Source of the DNA: Bugula neritina
Lineage: Eukaryota > Animalia > Bryozoa
Length of the DNA: 64,000 nucleotides
Direction of reading: 5' to 3'
NCBI GenBank assembly: GCA_964035545.1
Contig: OZ037766.1
Location: 22,184,767 to 22,248,766 of the forward strand
Of this stretch, positions 27,701 through 47,858 are shown in pieces; the stretch's first letter is position 1, and the number at the start of each line of letters is the position of its first letter. A program made the translations under genes and the position numbers. The notes below the pieces were generated by a model. It was not told the origin of the DNA. It did not search any database and worked only from the letters and a program-made list of their open reading frames with translations.

Positions 27701-29973
27701 TAGTAATTTGTGCAATTACTGAGCGTGAGTTATCTACTTGCGTATACTTAGTTGGCTATTCTACTAGCAATTACTAGGGTAGCTGTCGAGTAATTTTATT
27801 TATTATCCACAATAAAACACAAAGCAAACATTACATCAAATTATCCTATACATCAGTCAACTACTAACACATGTTTCTACTTCAAGCCTCCGCTTACAAC
27901 AACGTGATCAATTGTTAATAACCCGGGAAGTGTCACGTGAGTCGGAAGCATATCTTCGGTGCTGCTAATTGGTTGCTACATAAGGGTCTTAGTATTCCCA
28001 GAATAGAGAGAGGGCGATTCCCGTATTTGTACTTTGCATGACTCACTACAGGTGGTACTGGAGTATTTATTGCTAGTTTTACTTTTTTAAATAGTAAAAG
28101 GTAGTTAAGTGGAATTGCTGGAAATTTGCTGCTAAAAGTGTGTTGTTGTCACTATTTAAGTCCAGACATCTTTAAATAAGGTTAGTCAGTTATGATTTTG
28201 CATATTCAACAAAAGTATTTATTAATATCAATAAAGGTCATCAACTGATAATTTTGTTATAGGTCACGACCCAGCTCTGCTGAAAGAGAATCTGAAGGTT
28301 ATGACTCCGATGAGGCAGCTTTACAAATACAATCAGTATTAAGAGGCCACAGCGCACGCAAGCAATTCATCAACAGTAATTCCTCTCGGTGTGTTTTTAT
28401 ATATTAATGATAGTTTATTATGTCAGTTTTTAAGCATCTGTTTAGGCATATGGTGTATTGCTATGAGATGTTGAAATTTAATTTTCTTTTTTAGAAATTA
28501 GGCTTAGTTCTCAAGAAAAGCAGTTACAATGTATAGATAAAAATGCTATGCATATATTTTATTTTAGTTTCCTTTAATTTTAAAGTTTCCTTTTAAATCT
28601 CTTCTGCTGACAAGTTCAACAATTTTAAACTTTAGACAATAACTTTTTTCGAACTGTACGCTGCAATTTCCATCTAACAAAACTTAAGTATTTTGCAATT
28701 AAACATTTGCATCCTTTCAAACAATAGCATGTTGGCTAAGTTAAAACGTGTTTAGCAAAAATCTTTTAACCAGTAACCAATGACAATAAATTCAAAATAT
28801 TTATGTGAATTTAGCAATTAAGATTAGATTACTGAAATTGTGAAAACACACAGCTCCTTAATTTTATGGTTTTATTGTAAATTTTTTGTTGCTTGTGATC
28901 TTATCATCAATTCTAGAAAACGAGCTGTTCTTTTTCAGACCGCCAAGTGCTCGCTCCACTTCAAGTAGAAACACTTCACGACATACTAGAGCAGGCTCAA
29001 GTAAGTAATTTTATTAGATACTTCTTATGTATTTTAGAGAAGGTGAAAGCTGGTTCCAGTGATGTTAAATCAAGTGCTTGAAATGACTTGAAAATTTTAA
29101 TTGATTTGTTTCAAAACTTTGAAATTTCGAAAACTCAAAACACCGAATTGCTTAATTTTGTTTTTAGCATTAGAATTTAGATAATTCAATATAGTATAAT
29201 TTATTAGTGTTTTAATAAAACTCTAGTAATTACCTGAAACAAATTAGGTTGATTAATAATTTAATAGTTTTATTTACCCAACTAATAATTCTGCCTTTAG
29301 CTTCGAAATTCAGCTTTAAATTAAAATATTTAAACTGCGTTAACATTAATGTAGTGCTGTAATATTTATACACACTAGCATTTAATTAACTTTTATAAAT
29401 TGACTTGTACTAATAGTGATACTAGTGCAAAGTGTATTCCTTGTAAATGATTGCCTCGACATTGGAAAAGTAACATTACATAAACTGGTTTAGTATGAAA
29501 ATATGCAAAAATAGGTGCAGTTGCGGTAATAAATTATATTATTCTCCCAGCTTATTTGTTTATTGCCTAGTAGAAATATAGTTATTTTAAAAAAATTCTT
29601 TTTTACTTTTAATATTGTTTATATTCACCTTGTATTGATTTATTTACATGATCAACATCAGAACACATTTATAGATTTTCTTCATTGCTTATTTTACATT
29701 TAAATTTTTTGAAATAAATGAACTTGACAACACGGAAGTTATGTGAAAATCGTATTACTAATGGTTTCATATTTGATTGCAGGGAAAAAGCAGTCATCCT
29801 TAGATTCTGCTGGTGAAGATGAGAATAATAGTGATGAACTAGTAACTCCCAGATCTCGAACTAAAAATTTCACCAAACAATCTCAACTAATCAAACAAGA
29901 TAAGAAATCTTCAGCAAGTCGAAGTAGAATTACTTTAGATGACACCGATGATGACGATGATATTCAAATGTAG
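18736..29973 (+). CDS. IQCE: IQ domain-containing protein E (coiled coil plus multiple IQ motifs; about 15 coding exons)
   Basis: Exons 18736-18910, 19063-19215, 19619-19806, 20306-20427, 20715-20861, 21036-21193, 21435-21593, 22149-22302, 22477-22569, 22826-23092, 24011-24124, 24434-24597, 28263-28388, 28940-29000, 29783-29973. GTPVYKTPEEYYDEVLVLRK...KAKLRRVEEDNLKKEKEIESLMDPTK...LKQKIMRLEQQLKEKEGAI...LKTDLKSTNIDEVRLKMEMFYQEIIRLQ matches the IQCE N-terminal coil as recalled. IQ motifs IQSTARG, IQSAVRGH and IQSVLRGH are present. Confidence 0.88.
24697..24901 (-). repeat. 3' LTR (truncated; lacks about 147 bp of the U3-side end)
   Basis: 205 bp matching 27699-27903 with one substitution seen. 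No polypurine tract is adjacent. Confidence 0.92.
24875..26764 (-). CDS. pol: Truncated Pol: aspartic protease, spacer, RT N-terminal vestige and integrase H2C2 zinc finger (RT/RNaseH and DDE core missing)
   Basis: FLLDSGCTTNLL protease motif and ILGMPFL. HEKTHGG...WYWPNMERDIRRRVRRCKVC integrase zinc finger. No YxDD motif. The frame is open until a stop inside the 3' LTR and overlaps gag in the -1 frame. Confidence 0.85.
   Translation of the reverse strand, partial: VKLPRPADVPTSCGPSVNHPGRPARLPPRWAPRGDVVKWRPPRQVGSSHSSPGSSTPFQHQHGSGRRLISEPARETVQAPQGVPPQPRQLVNSRRQPWTPRPTAREVQPRHTQLQPHGSSYFLPGKLAGKPANFLLDSGCTTNLLSRQFFDTLSAKVKDGLAPYEGDHGTLADGSCIPFYGIIELTGYIRNQAIQETFIVGQLNEDAILGMPFLQRHGCRIDFSKSAMIMGDRELACVDKFGRPLAGAVQVVRSCTIPGHSRATVRCKVDGGQTSELGVVESTHSRIQLAHSFSRLTGQGEISVQCVNPSSETVDLPPRSMLGRFHPVQEEAIGPSSGATTEGPQQSPSQGRRTVPTHASPPPGTRGCTGNGKRQAMARLPHGYSEAFRHTDHDARLNRAGCREVPRAAKTAPAQQLQQRADTPPEAVQSLRAKPVWAGNVRELPKLQESLPGVVADVYRAKQEGRRPSSKQRRQGCAELRLYCQRWNSLRVGPDGLLTMTLAANSRQPARKRVVCPVAIRRELIQDTHEKTHGGVQGVVTKLQLRWYWPNMERDIRRRVRRCKVCQTNKHSRLPGKAGRQTHCARRSWQAETVVLAGNTSMTPQEDLARRERPLPSLKVLVVVSGGLK
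26713..27663 (-). CDS. gag: Retrotransposon Gag (316 aa) with CCHC zinc knuckle
   Basis: ATG at 27663, 16 nt after the PBS. LKAPTFTGEEAVEQFIQEFQDVMEVAQW capsid-like start and CWGCGRPGHFQKNC knuckle. Confidence 0.92.
   Translation of the reverse strand: MAEDGTELPIPLNEGERDNVDIPVEPVVLEEEVRISREHGEDRYRLKAPTFTGEEAVEQFIQEFQDVMEVAQWPPRVALLKLRMALTDKAKPYEAGPDIDGIFASLRARFGISPIDARARLQRMRRDPHTSLQEHAATVYPLAQIAFRDLPPVHRERYTYDAFVQSINDLGLHHQFQARGVTTVEDALAVREAYLMATHMHRNRVASRQVATEHTTAHTEPNAAPSAVANVNQMSLASKVAQMTDMLDKLVATLAPPGQVDTAREPCGPQVQSPGMGHNFCWGCGRPGHFQKNCPQLQQGLNYHGPQMFPPPAGRL
26719..26764 (-). promoter_or_regulatory. Putative -1 ribosomal frameshift signal (G UUA AAC plus 11-bp stem-loop)
   Basis: Heptamer GTTAAAC in the gag frame at 26764-26758, followed by a perfect stem ACGGCCCGCAG/CTGCGGGCCGT (26753-26743 with 26729-26719). 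A -1 slip enters the pol frame (LPRPADVP). Confidence 0.8.
27680..27697 (-). promoter_or_regulatory. Primer-binding site for tRNA-Leu
   Basis: TGGTGGCAGCGGTGGGAT, 1 nt from the 5' LTR end, complementary to the 3' 18 nt of metazoan tRNA-Leu(AAG/TAG type), ATCCCACCGCTGCCACCA. Confidence 0.9.
27699..28050 (-). repeat. 5' LTR (352 bp, complete)
   Basis: TG...CA ends with 6-bp inverted repeats TGTAGT/ACTACA. Contains TGAGTCA, CCAAT and CACGTG motifs in the U3-side part and AATAAA on both strands. Confidence 0.93.
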
Positions 29974-31380
29974 ATAAAATATAAACTCATGACATGTTAG
30001 CTTTTATTCCCGGAAAATCAAGATGAATCAACCTTGTTACTGTAGTTGAAATGTTGGTCCACTTTTATACATACTTCTATAAATAATGCCTGCAAATAAC
30101 AATATGCTACTCATAATTATGTGTTAACAATGATTATTATTGCTTTGTAGTAATATAAGTTATAAATTAACATTATTCTTAAGTTTGCAATCTGCAATAT
30201 GGATACTTTTACCATTTTTCCCAATATATTTTCAATTTTTAAATTAAAATTAGTACAATAGTACAATTCACTCTGTAGTATTCCATTGCTGATTTTCATT
30301 TTTATACTACATGTGCATTAGTTTATTTGATCCATGTGATTCAATATAAATTAGTTACAACTGTGCCTTTAATAAAATTGTAAAGACCTGTTGTTCAATT
30401 AGCCTTTTGCATTGAATTTTTCATAAGTTTGAAATAATATAGGTATATTAATTGTCTAATAGCTTATATTGATTAGGAGTACAATCGAAAAATATAATTG
30501 TGATTTTCTGTTAAAATAAAACAATAACTTTAAATCAGTTTTCATCTGTAGCACAGAAATTGCAATATGTAATGTAATAAGACCCTTACGATTTGCATCA
30601 CACTTATGAGTTATTATCACGTTGGTTCTTCTGTAAAGCCTATTTATCTTCATTAGCATTATGCAACAACCAACAATGACAATGTAACTGCAAAAAATTT
30701 ACAGTTTAATTTCATCAAAAATACTATCGACATGAATAACTAAATACTGAAACATACAAATTTAGTGTATAATCTACAAATAGTACTACCATTACTTGAA
30801 TATATATTCTCTAGAATTATCATAATGTGTACAAATAATATTTCCAATGGTAATAATAAATATAAAATCACTTACTTTTAGATTTATTATTATTATTATA
30901 TTATGTAATACTACTTTCACACACAATGATAATGATCATAATCATAAGGGGCAATTGTAATGCTTAAGAGTAAGCTTTCCCTGTCTCCTTCACTAAAGGC
31001 AAGAACTCAGTAACCCACTAATTATAAACTGTAAAGTGGTTTCTGATTAAAAAGCATTATTAGTATTATTATTGTTAGTATTAAACTATTGTAATTAGTA
31101 TCACTGTTTCTATTGCATTATTAGTAACTAATGTTGATAATTTAAGTTGAAGTTGATGATAATTTTACTTTTATTTTTACCAGCATCAAATGGAAGAGAT
31201 CATCATTGGTTAAATTTATTCATTAAATTTATTGACTAAACTTGAATAATTAATTATAATTATAATTAATTATAATTATGATACTAATTTTATTGAAAAA
31301 TTGTTGAAACTAAATCTCTTAACTGCTATTTACTAATTATTCCCAATACAAGGATTGTAATCTTAAATCATCTTTATAAT

Positions 31381-32130
31381 CAAAGTTTTTCAAGCTGGTC
31401 CAGTTCTCTTCCTAGCTTACACAAATGACTTGCCAACCTACATAAACTGTAAACTAAGCCTATGCGCTGGTGATATACTAATTTATCAAGTAGTGAACCC
31501 TTGAGAAAACAAACTTCATAAGCCTTTCAGGCCGACATTAATGCACAAGAGGATTGAGTCAAGGCATCATACGCGTCATTTAATGCTGATAAATTTTCCG
31601 TTATGGTATATGGTCGTCAACCACTGACTCATGATGCTAAGTATTTTGCACATACTCCTCTCTCCGTCGCACAAGAAACAAAGCGTCTAGGTGTCCTTCT
31701 ACAAAGAGACGTAAATTTCACCAACCGTGTTAACTACAAAACCAGTAAAGCTAAGAGACATTTACTTTTAGGTGTGATTAAGTGTGCCTTGTCTAATGTA
31801 CCAGACAAAGCCAATGTACATACATATATCCTAATATTAGAGATATAGAAATGGTGCATAATAAATATAAGATTTATTGCAAAATTGAAAGGAAAAAACA
31901 GTATCACTACGGCATGGGACAAAATGAAACTCTTGAAACTCTTACAGAAACGCTTAGTGTTACTGACAATGACAGACGATACAAACTCAAGAATAATTTA
32001 TTATTGAGACTTCTCTCTAACGAGAAAAATTATTATCACTATGCATCTCTAACAAATTCCTATAGTGAATGGATGAGCACCAAGACCCAAAATAGAAATA
32101 TTACAAGCATATCTAGTTTTACTAGGTCAT
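31381..32130 (+). mobile_element. Decayed CR1-group LINE fragment (RT C-terminal half)
   Basis: GPVLFLAYTNDLPTYINCKLSLCAGDILIY (degenerate GPxLFxxYINDL...FADD), FQADINAQED*...FNADKFSVM and KRLGVLLQRDVNF, with stops and frameshifts. The 3' boundary is approximate. Confidence 0.8.
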
Positions 32131-33460
32131 GATCATCATCATCATACAACTTGCAAGGCCCGCCGCAAGAGAGACCCCTAAAAACCAGCAACTTACTACC
32201 AGTACTAACTACGTCTACGAGTACTACAACTAAAAGTACAACAGCTTCCAGTTCCTTCCAAAAACAGTAACACTAACAGCAATAGCCCGAGAGCTTAAAT
32301 CTAATTTTTAATTCTATTCTTAAAAATTACTATTACTATTAGTATTACTCAATTAGTCAAACTCAACGTCAACGATTCACAATGACAATGCTGAATGCAA
32401 CAGCGTTGCCTTAGAAGTTTGGCGTTGCAATTCTCATTCTCATTCTGCAGTGCAACTCTGCAAGTGCAACACACTCACACTGACACTGTGACTCACTGAC
32501 TGAAAGTGAAAATACTTGCTAACCTGTAATCGGAAACTATAAAGACGTGGCTCCTGATACATGGTGTAGTGTTACTTAAAAAAGAAGGGGTAAGAACTAA
32601 AAGGTCAGTTTAGTAGTACTACTAATACTAATAGTTTAGTTTATTACTATAACTGTTGACTGTAAGTATTAGTATTACTTCATTGGTCACTTTTAGAAAA
32701 ACTGCACTTTTGACCTTGACCCCTGTTTTTAGCAACGAATTCAAATAATCGGCCTTGGGGTTGTCGTTTTCATGCCCATCGAAATATCGTGCCAAAGCAG
32801 TGAAACAAATAGCTAAAGGAATTTGTTTTGAAATCATTTCCGTTCCAACGCAGCGTTAGTTATTCTCAACAAGTCTATAATAAATTTAACACTGGTAGTC
32901 TGCTACAGAGTCCCTATATTTATTACGTACATATATTATTGAATTTAGTTTTTAAGCTATTTGAATAATAATAATTCAGTTTATTTTAATTTTTAGCCAA
33001 GACATTGTAAATTTCAAGTTATATTAGTATACTAATCGACTGAGAGTGAGACTCACTATGACTATCACTATCAGTATCACTATCACTGTATCAATATCAC
33101 TATCACTATAAGTATCAGTATGAGTATCAATATCATAATACCATGAGTGTATGAATATTAATATTATTAATTACAGTATGAGTATGAATTAGAATATCAA
33201 TATGAGATTCAGATTTAATGTGACTATCACTATGACTATGAGTATCAGTATGTCTAACTCTATCACTATGGTCTACCGTCTATCATTCTACTTCTAGTTC
33301 TATGAGCCTACCAAGTCCAACACTCGCAGTCACACTTTGAGTTGAGTTGGAGATTCATATTGATGATGGTTGATCATCAAAATATATTAATATTACATTT
33401 ATTGATTAAAAGTAAAACGAATTTAATACTATTATCAAGTTTGATATTTATAATTGTTGT

Positions 33461-33575
33461 GGTTTCATCTCAGATGGGCGCTTCTCAGTTAGACGCTAGG
33501 CTAAATTTCCCATTTAGATGCTTTCCCAGTTAAAAAATAGCATCTAACTGGGAAACGTCTATTTGGGATGACACC
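33461..33575. mobile_element. Short foldback/MITE-like element
   Basis: About 38-bp imperfect terminal inverted repeats GGTTTCATCTCAGATGGGCGCTTCTCAGTTAGACGCTA ... TAGCATCTAACTGGGAAACGTCTATTTGGGATGACACC. Confidence 0.65.
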
Positions 33576-34105
33576 ATTATTGTATATTCATCATTCATGT
33601 TGATATTTGATTTGAGTTTAGCTTTTTTATCTTTATTTTTTATGTTTGTATTGATATTTAATAAATGTAATATATTATTATTTATTGTAAAATTATTGAT
33701 GTCAATATTTCCAGCAGATTTAAACTATTAAAGGGATATTTGTTAATAATTGCTCATACTGATACTAAAATTTTTATAGTGAATATAATACATAATACTT
33801 ATACTAATAGTGTTGGTAATACATTGGAGTTGGTATTATAATTATTAACAGTAGTAGCCATAGAATATATATGAATAGCTCATTTAGTTCTACTGAAAGT
33901 GTCAGGTACTGTTATTGTTATCATTCACATGTATAAGTTTTTTTTCTAAACAGAGTTACAGATTATTACAGTTTGTGAAGACAGTCTAATAACATTTGTA
34001 CAATAATAGATAGTTTCATGTCTTCACATTTTTTAGGTTGGACACCTCCATTCAACAACCTAAGGCTAATGAGCTGTCTGTTGTATAATCCAAGTTGGCA
34101 CCACC

Positions 34106-37606
<3,501 letters not shown>

Positions 37607-39119
37607 CATATAGCATACACTTATTTGATTATACTTACATTTTATGGTACGATGGCTAATAGTGTCTTTATATTCAAATTGATAAGGTATTTCTAATTAC
37701 CTTGCAAATTAATATGTATTTTGGTGCATTTTACCTAGTCTTGCTAAATTTTTTATCCTATTTTGCGTAAATAATAAATTGCAGTGCAAAATGTAGCTGC
37801 CAACATTTTTGTGCTGTTGTATTACTGTGTAATAAAACCTAATTTGGGAGTTATGTCCCCCCAGAAAGATCTCGCGACAATTGTATTTTTTTACTAGTTG
37901 ATGGATTGTGTTGTTTGAATTATTTAAGCCAATAGTTGTTAGTTAAAGTAATATAGTGTCTTTTAGCAACTCAGATATTTATGAGGTTTTTTTTTGTTGC
38001 AGGTATTTGTTTTGTTGTGTATGTTACCTACAAGTTAAATAAATGAAATCATATCTCCTTGGATTAATTTCTGTTATAAATTTTCACTCTTTACAACTTT
38101 AAGATGAATTAACTGTTGAACAAAATTTTAAAAACCTATTAGCTTTCAACTAGCACTGTTTCTAGATTGTAGAGCTTAGACCCTTTTGATATGAACCTCT
38201 CTCCCTAACTAAAATCACCAAGCATTAAAATCACCACAGTGCATTTAAGTATATTAACCTTCTACTGCCAATAGAAATTATAATATGCACAGTTTTGCTT
38301 TACTTTGTTTTATAATTTAGTGTTGCCTAAATATTTATGCCTCTGCCTTAAAAAGTCTATGTTATGTAACTTAGCTTAGGGGCATCACATATAATACTCT
38401 GGCCAAATGGAACAGTTCACAAGCTGTACTTTCCTCACTGAACCAAATGCCTTACACTTTTAACTTGCAAATTAAATAAACTTTCATCTTTTGAAAATTT
38501 ATATTATTTTGATTCATTCAGTTGCGAGGCTTTCAAGTGGTATATAAGTAAACTCAATTAATCCTGTTAATTCCAATACAAATATTCTATCGCCTTGACT
38601 GCATGTATAAGCGCTATAACAAGCACAATATAAATAGCCTGTTCCTTATCTACTTCATGGCAATAGCTGTAGTCGCTATAGCTTTTTGTATCTGCTAATT
38701 CAATAAGACCTATGAATAAATTCTATTGTTTTTTAAAAAGGGTGCTTGACAAAAGGCTTGCATAGTTTACTGCAGTGCTTTTAATTTGACAGCTATAGCC
38801 TTTTATACTTCATGTTAACTAGACATACACAGAAAGTTTGGTTCATAGGAAACGAAATTTTTATTTGCATCTCGGATGTAAACTGTACTTATAACTCATA
38901 TTTTCTCATTTTGAATGCCAACGTTTGAAGGTATTTATGGATTAAAGTCACCGCATTATCTATTTAATCAGTATTTATAATATATATTGTACTCCAGTGT
39001 TTTACCATTAAAGTAACAATAACTGACACAGTGTTGAGTAAGCTTTAACATTAAAACTGTGAACCATTAGGTATTATAGAGTTCATATATTGTGTTATTA
39101 CTGATCTATAGAAAACTGT

Positions 39120-39190
39120 CTGACATGATGCACAAGGGGATATTCAAACCCTATAAGGGCCATTAGTTATGTTAGGAAAGACATCCACGT
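39120..39190 (+). mobile_element. Highly decayed SINE fragment
   Basis: TTCAAACCCTATAAGGGCCATTAGTTATGTTAGGAAAGACATCCA resembles the B box plus core of SINE copies A, B and D. Confidence 0.5.
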
Positions 39191-40176
39191 TGAACATTCT
39201 AGGCTCAGATCTTATTGCCAGTACGGCATGAAGCAAACAAAGTCTATAAGGCTCAAATAAAATTTTAGCAACAGCTTCTTTTCAGAGTTTTGACTGCAAT
39301 TATTTTATTGTAGCTTAACATTATTATAATCAAATACACTTCATTCCTATTATTTAATAACCTATCTCTGATACCAGATCATTTACCTAATATAAGTTAT
39401 AAACTGGCATATGGAACTATTTGACTATTTTACAATTCTCCAAATCTAAAGCCGTCATAAATAGGTTATATAATGCTCATCAACCTGATTTCATAAAGCT
39501 TCTTACACACGATAGGCTAACAGTTATTATATGTAATGAAGTTTTTCTTATAATTTATATTACAAATTCTATTGCCGCTATAGGTAGTTGCAGCATAAAC
39601 AAAGTTCATGAAATAAACTTATGCTTTATTTTTTAAATTATGTTTTGTTTTGGAAATTTAGATTGGTACTGCTAAGTTTTAAACATAAAAAGTTACTGCT
39701 GGAATTGGGTTTTTTAAGCTACCACAATTGCATATCCTACTTCTCACTATCTAGCTATAGTCAATTACCAAATAACACAAAAGTTGGTATATATGTATCC
39801 AAATGCCTTTTTTGTATCACCAATCACTAAATAATAAGATGTTGCACCAAGGCTGGTGAGGAACTTAGTGGAGGTCAAAAGGTTACATACTTGTTGAATA
39901 ATGTATATGTATAGTAAACACTTTTTTATATTCTAATTTCATATATTTTAAGATACTATAAGCATAGTTGCACTTTTTTAGATAAATTATGTAGCCTACA
40001 TATATGTTTAGCTATTTGTACGCATGTATTTGTGAAACACTAAAATGTACTGCATGCATGTATGAAATTGTGGAACTGCTGCATCTAATAAAATGTAATT
40101 AAGCCATATAATATACGATATTAAAAGTATGTGCGTATTGCAGGAAATCAGTTGTGTAGAAGGTCACATATATAAG

Positions 40177-45549
<5,373 letters not shown>

Positions 45550-47858
45550 GACAACTCAAACTTATTAGATAAAATAAATAGTAGGCTATGCTTGCTGAAC
45601 TAAAATAATATAATAATAGTCTTTCCAGTTTATTGAGTATGCTGTAGGAAAGTATATATTATTATTTAGATATTGGTAGCCACAGCTAAGCAATGAGCGA
45701 AAAGCTAATTTTGATGATTTCTTTTAGATCGATGCTGTAAGTAAAGAATAAATTGTAGACATGGGTTCTCAATACTCAGCTTTTGTACAAGTTATGGTTA
45801 TTTTTGGCTTTTATTTTTGTATTTACAACTTTTGTTGTGATTTGTTCCTATTATAGATTTTCAATCAATAACATCGAAATATTGAAATTTATTTTTTTAA
45901 GTGTTCCTGTTTATTTGAAAAGCCATATCAAAGCAATTCTATGTTTTCAAATACTATAAAACATCAAAAAATGCCTGGCTTGCTATGATTTATTTATCAT
46001 ACTACATGTTTTCAACTTTTGAACAAATCTCCCAGCAGTTATTTTCTGTTGATTTAAACTTATATGTTAACATAAGCACAGTACCAATCATAAATTTTAT
46101 AGGTAAAGTTGCAATACTGTATAAAATGATGGATATCTTTCTCTAAGATGTTCATCCATGAGGGTAAAAATTATAATCTGCATGGAAAATGAAAAGACAA
46201 ATATATTTTTTTAAGTATTTTTTTAGTTTGGTGTGATGTTTGAAATGTCTTTCAATCTAATATTAGATATCAGTATTCAAGGAGTTGATAGAGTTAGCTA
46301 TTAACCTCTCCATTACCCAATACCAATAAACTGTTTATTTAGTGAAAAATTGCTCATTGATTTCATATACTCTTTTTTGAGTTTACTTTATTAGAGCATT
46401 ATTTACTTTAGCATTTCTTACTAAAAGGCAAGTTCACTAATTAGTAAAGGCAGTTATGTATTACTTAAGGTTTTGATAACATTCATATTTAGCCTACTAC
46501 ATTAAATAGTATACTAAAGAACTAAAGGTGCAATATGTGTGAATGGTATTATTGACAATTTGTAAAACAAACTTTACTAAATAGGATTATCTCACACGAC
46601 CTTAGCAACGCTTGTTAAGGTAACAAGACCTCAGATAGAGCTGCAACGGTCACATAAAATACTGAAAGATATTCAATTAGCTACAGGAATAATTACTTTT
46701 AACAGCTTTAGGCTTGAACCATTTTATATGTAGCAAGCATATACTGTGCTGTTATGCATGCATGCAATTTGTGAAATTGCTTATATAGTTGAAAAAACAG
46801 TTTTTAGCGGTCACTTTAATGGTAAATGGAAATAATTATATTATCAAGCAGGCATCTTCATTCTATTTTTAACTGGGAAATATAATATTTTGTAACACTG
46901 ATTGTATTGTGCAACGTCTATTAATATCAAATTTTATGACATAAAGCATAGCAACAACTATAAAAAAGCATCAGAGTTTGTTTTCTCTTTATAAATACTT
47001 TTTCAATGTTCAATGCCAATTATTTTATGCTAATAAATGCTGGGTATTGATTGCTTTATATATTATATGCTACAGTATAAAACAATTCATTTTGTTAGAT
47101 AATCAGGTTCAGCACAGCCCTAAGAGGCTCTGATAAAAGATATACAATCCAAACATGTAAGCAGCACATGTAAAACACATAAGTACCCCTGCAACCTGCT
47201 ATAACCACTTGTTTTGAGTGTCAACAAGTGACATTACTGGAGTAACAGTCAATTCCTGATTTATACCAAGCATTTGGAGCAAATGTGGCAGGTACAACTT
47301 TTATAAGCAAGTATAAATTTTAATTGGAAAGATTAATTCACCATTTCAGATTATAAGTATCCAACTTGTTTTTCTTACAACTGGGTTAACTAGGCATGCT
47401 GGCTGGCATTTCATAGTCATCATGTATTGTGTTAAATCATATCATGTAGTGTATTTCTTTTGATGTCGTGATTAACTTGTAAATTACAGATGCATTGGTG
47501 TTCATATTTGATTAATGCTATTTCATATTTTGAATTGAGGTCATTGAGATCTTGTGGTTAAAGTGAAGCTGAAGGTAACTAGATTTCATCTGTCTCACCT
47601 TTACTCTAACATCGTAAGTAGTTGCACATTAAACATCTTAACACATATTGAGCTGTCAAGTGCACTTTTTGTATTTCTCATACAAATGGACTAATAAATT
47701 ACTGTAAATTAACACACTACTAGTTTCACATTGTTGAATAATAAGCAGTGTAGAATTTTCTTTGTATCCAGTTGTACATGAGTTGCTATCAGTTGTAGCT
47801 GGCAGGCAACAACATTTTTGGAGTTAGAAACATAGTTATTTAAAAATCAGAAGTTGCT

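Larger units (their letters stand above)
24697..28050 (-). mobile_element. Internally deleted Ty3/Gypsy-type LTR retrotransposon in IQCE intron
   Basis: Termini TGTAGT...ACTACA and 5-bp TSD GGTGG (24692-24696 / 28051-28055). Abrupt GC-rich composition, LTR pair, PBS, gag and pol remnants with integrase after the RT position. Confidence 0.96.

Noticed and set aside
24869-27703. Numerous overlapping plus- and minus-strand ORFs inside the LTR element
   Set aside because: Expected shadow ORFs in GC-rich coding DNA, with no motifs and no env-like signal peptide or TM segment.
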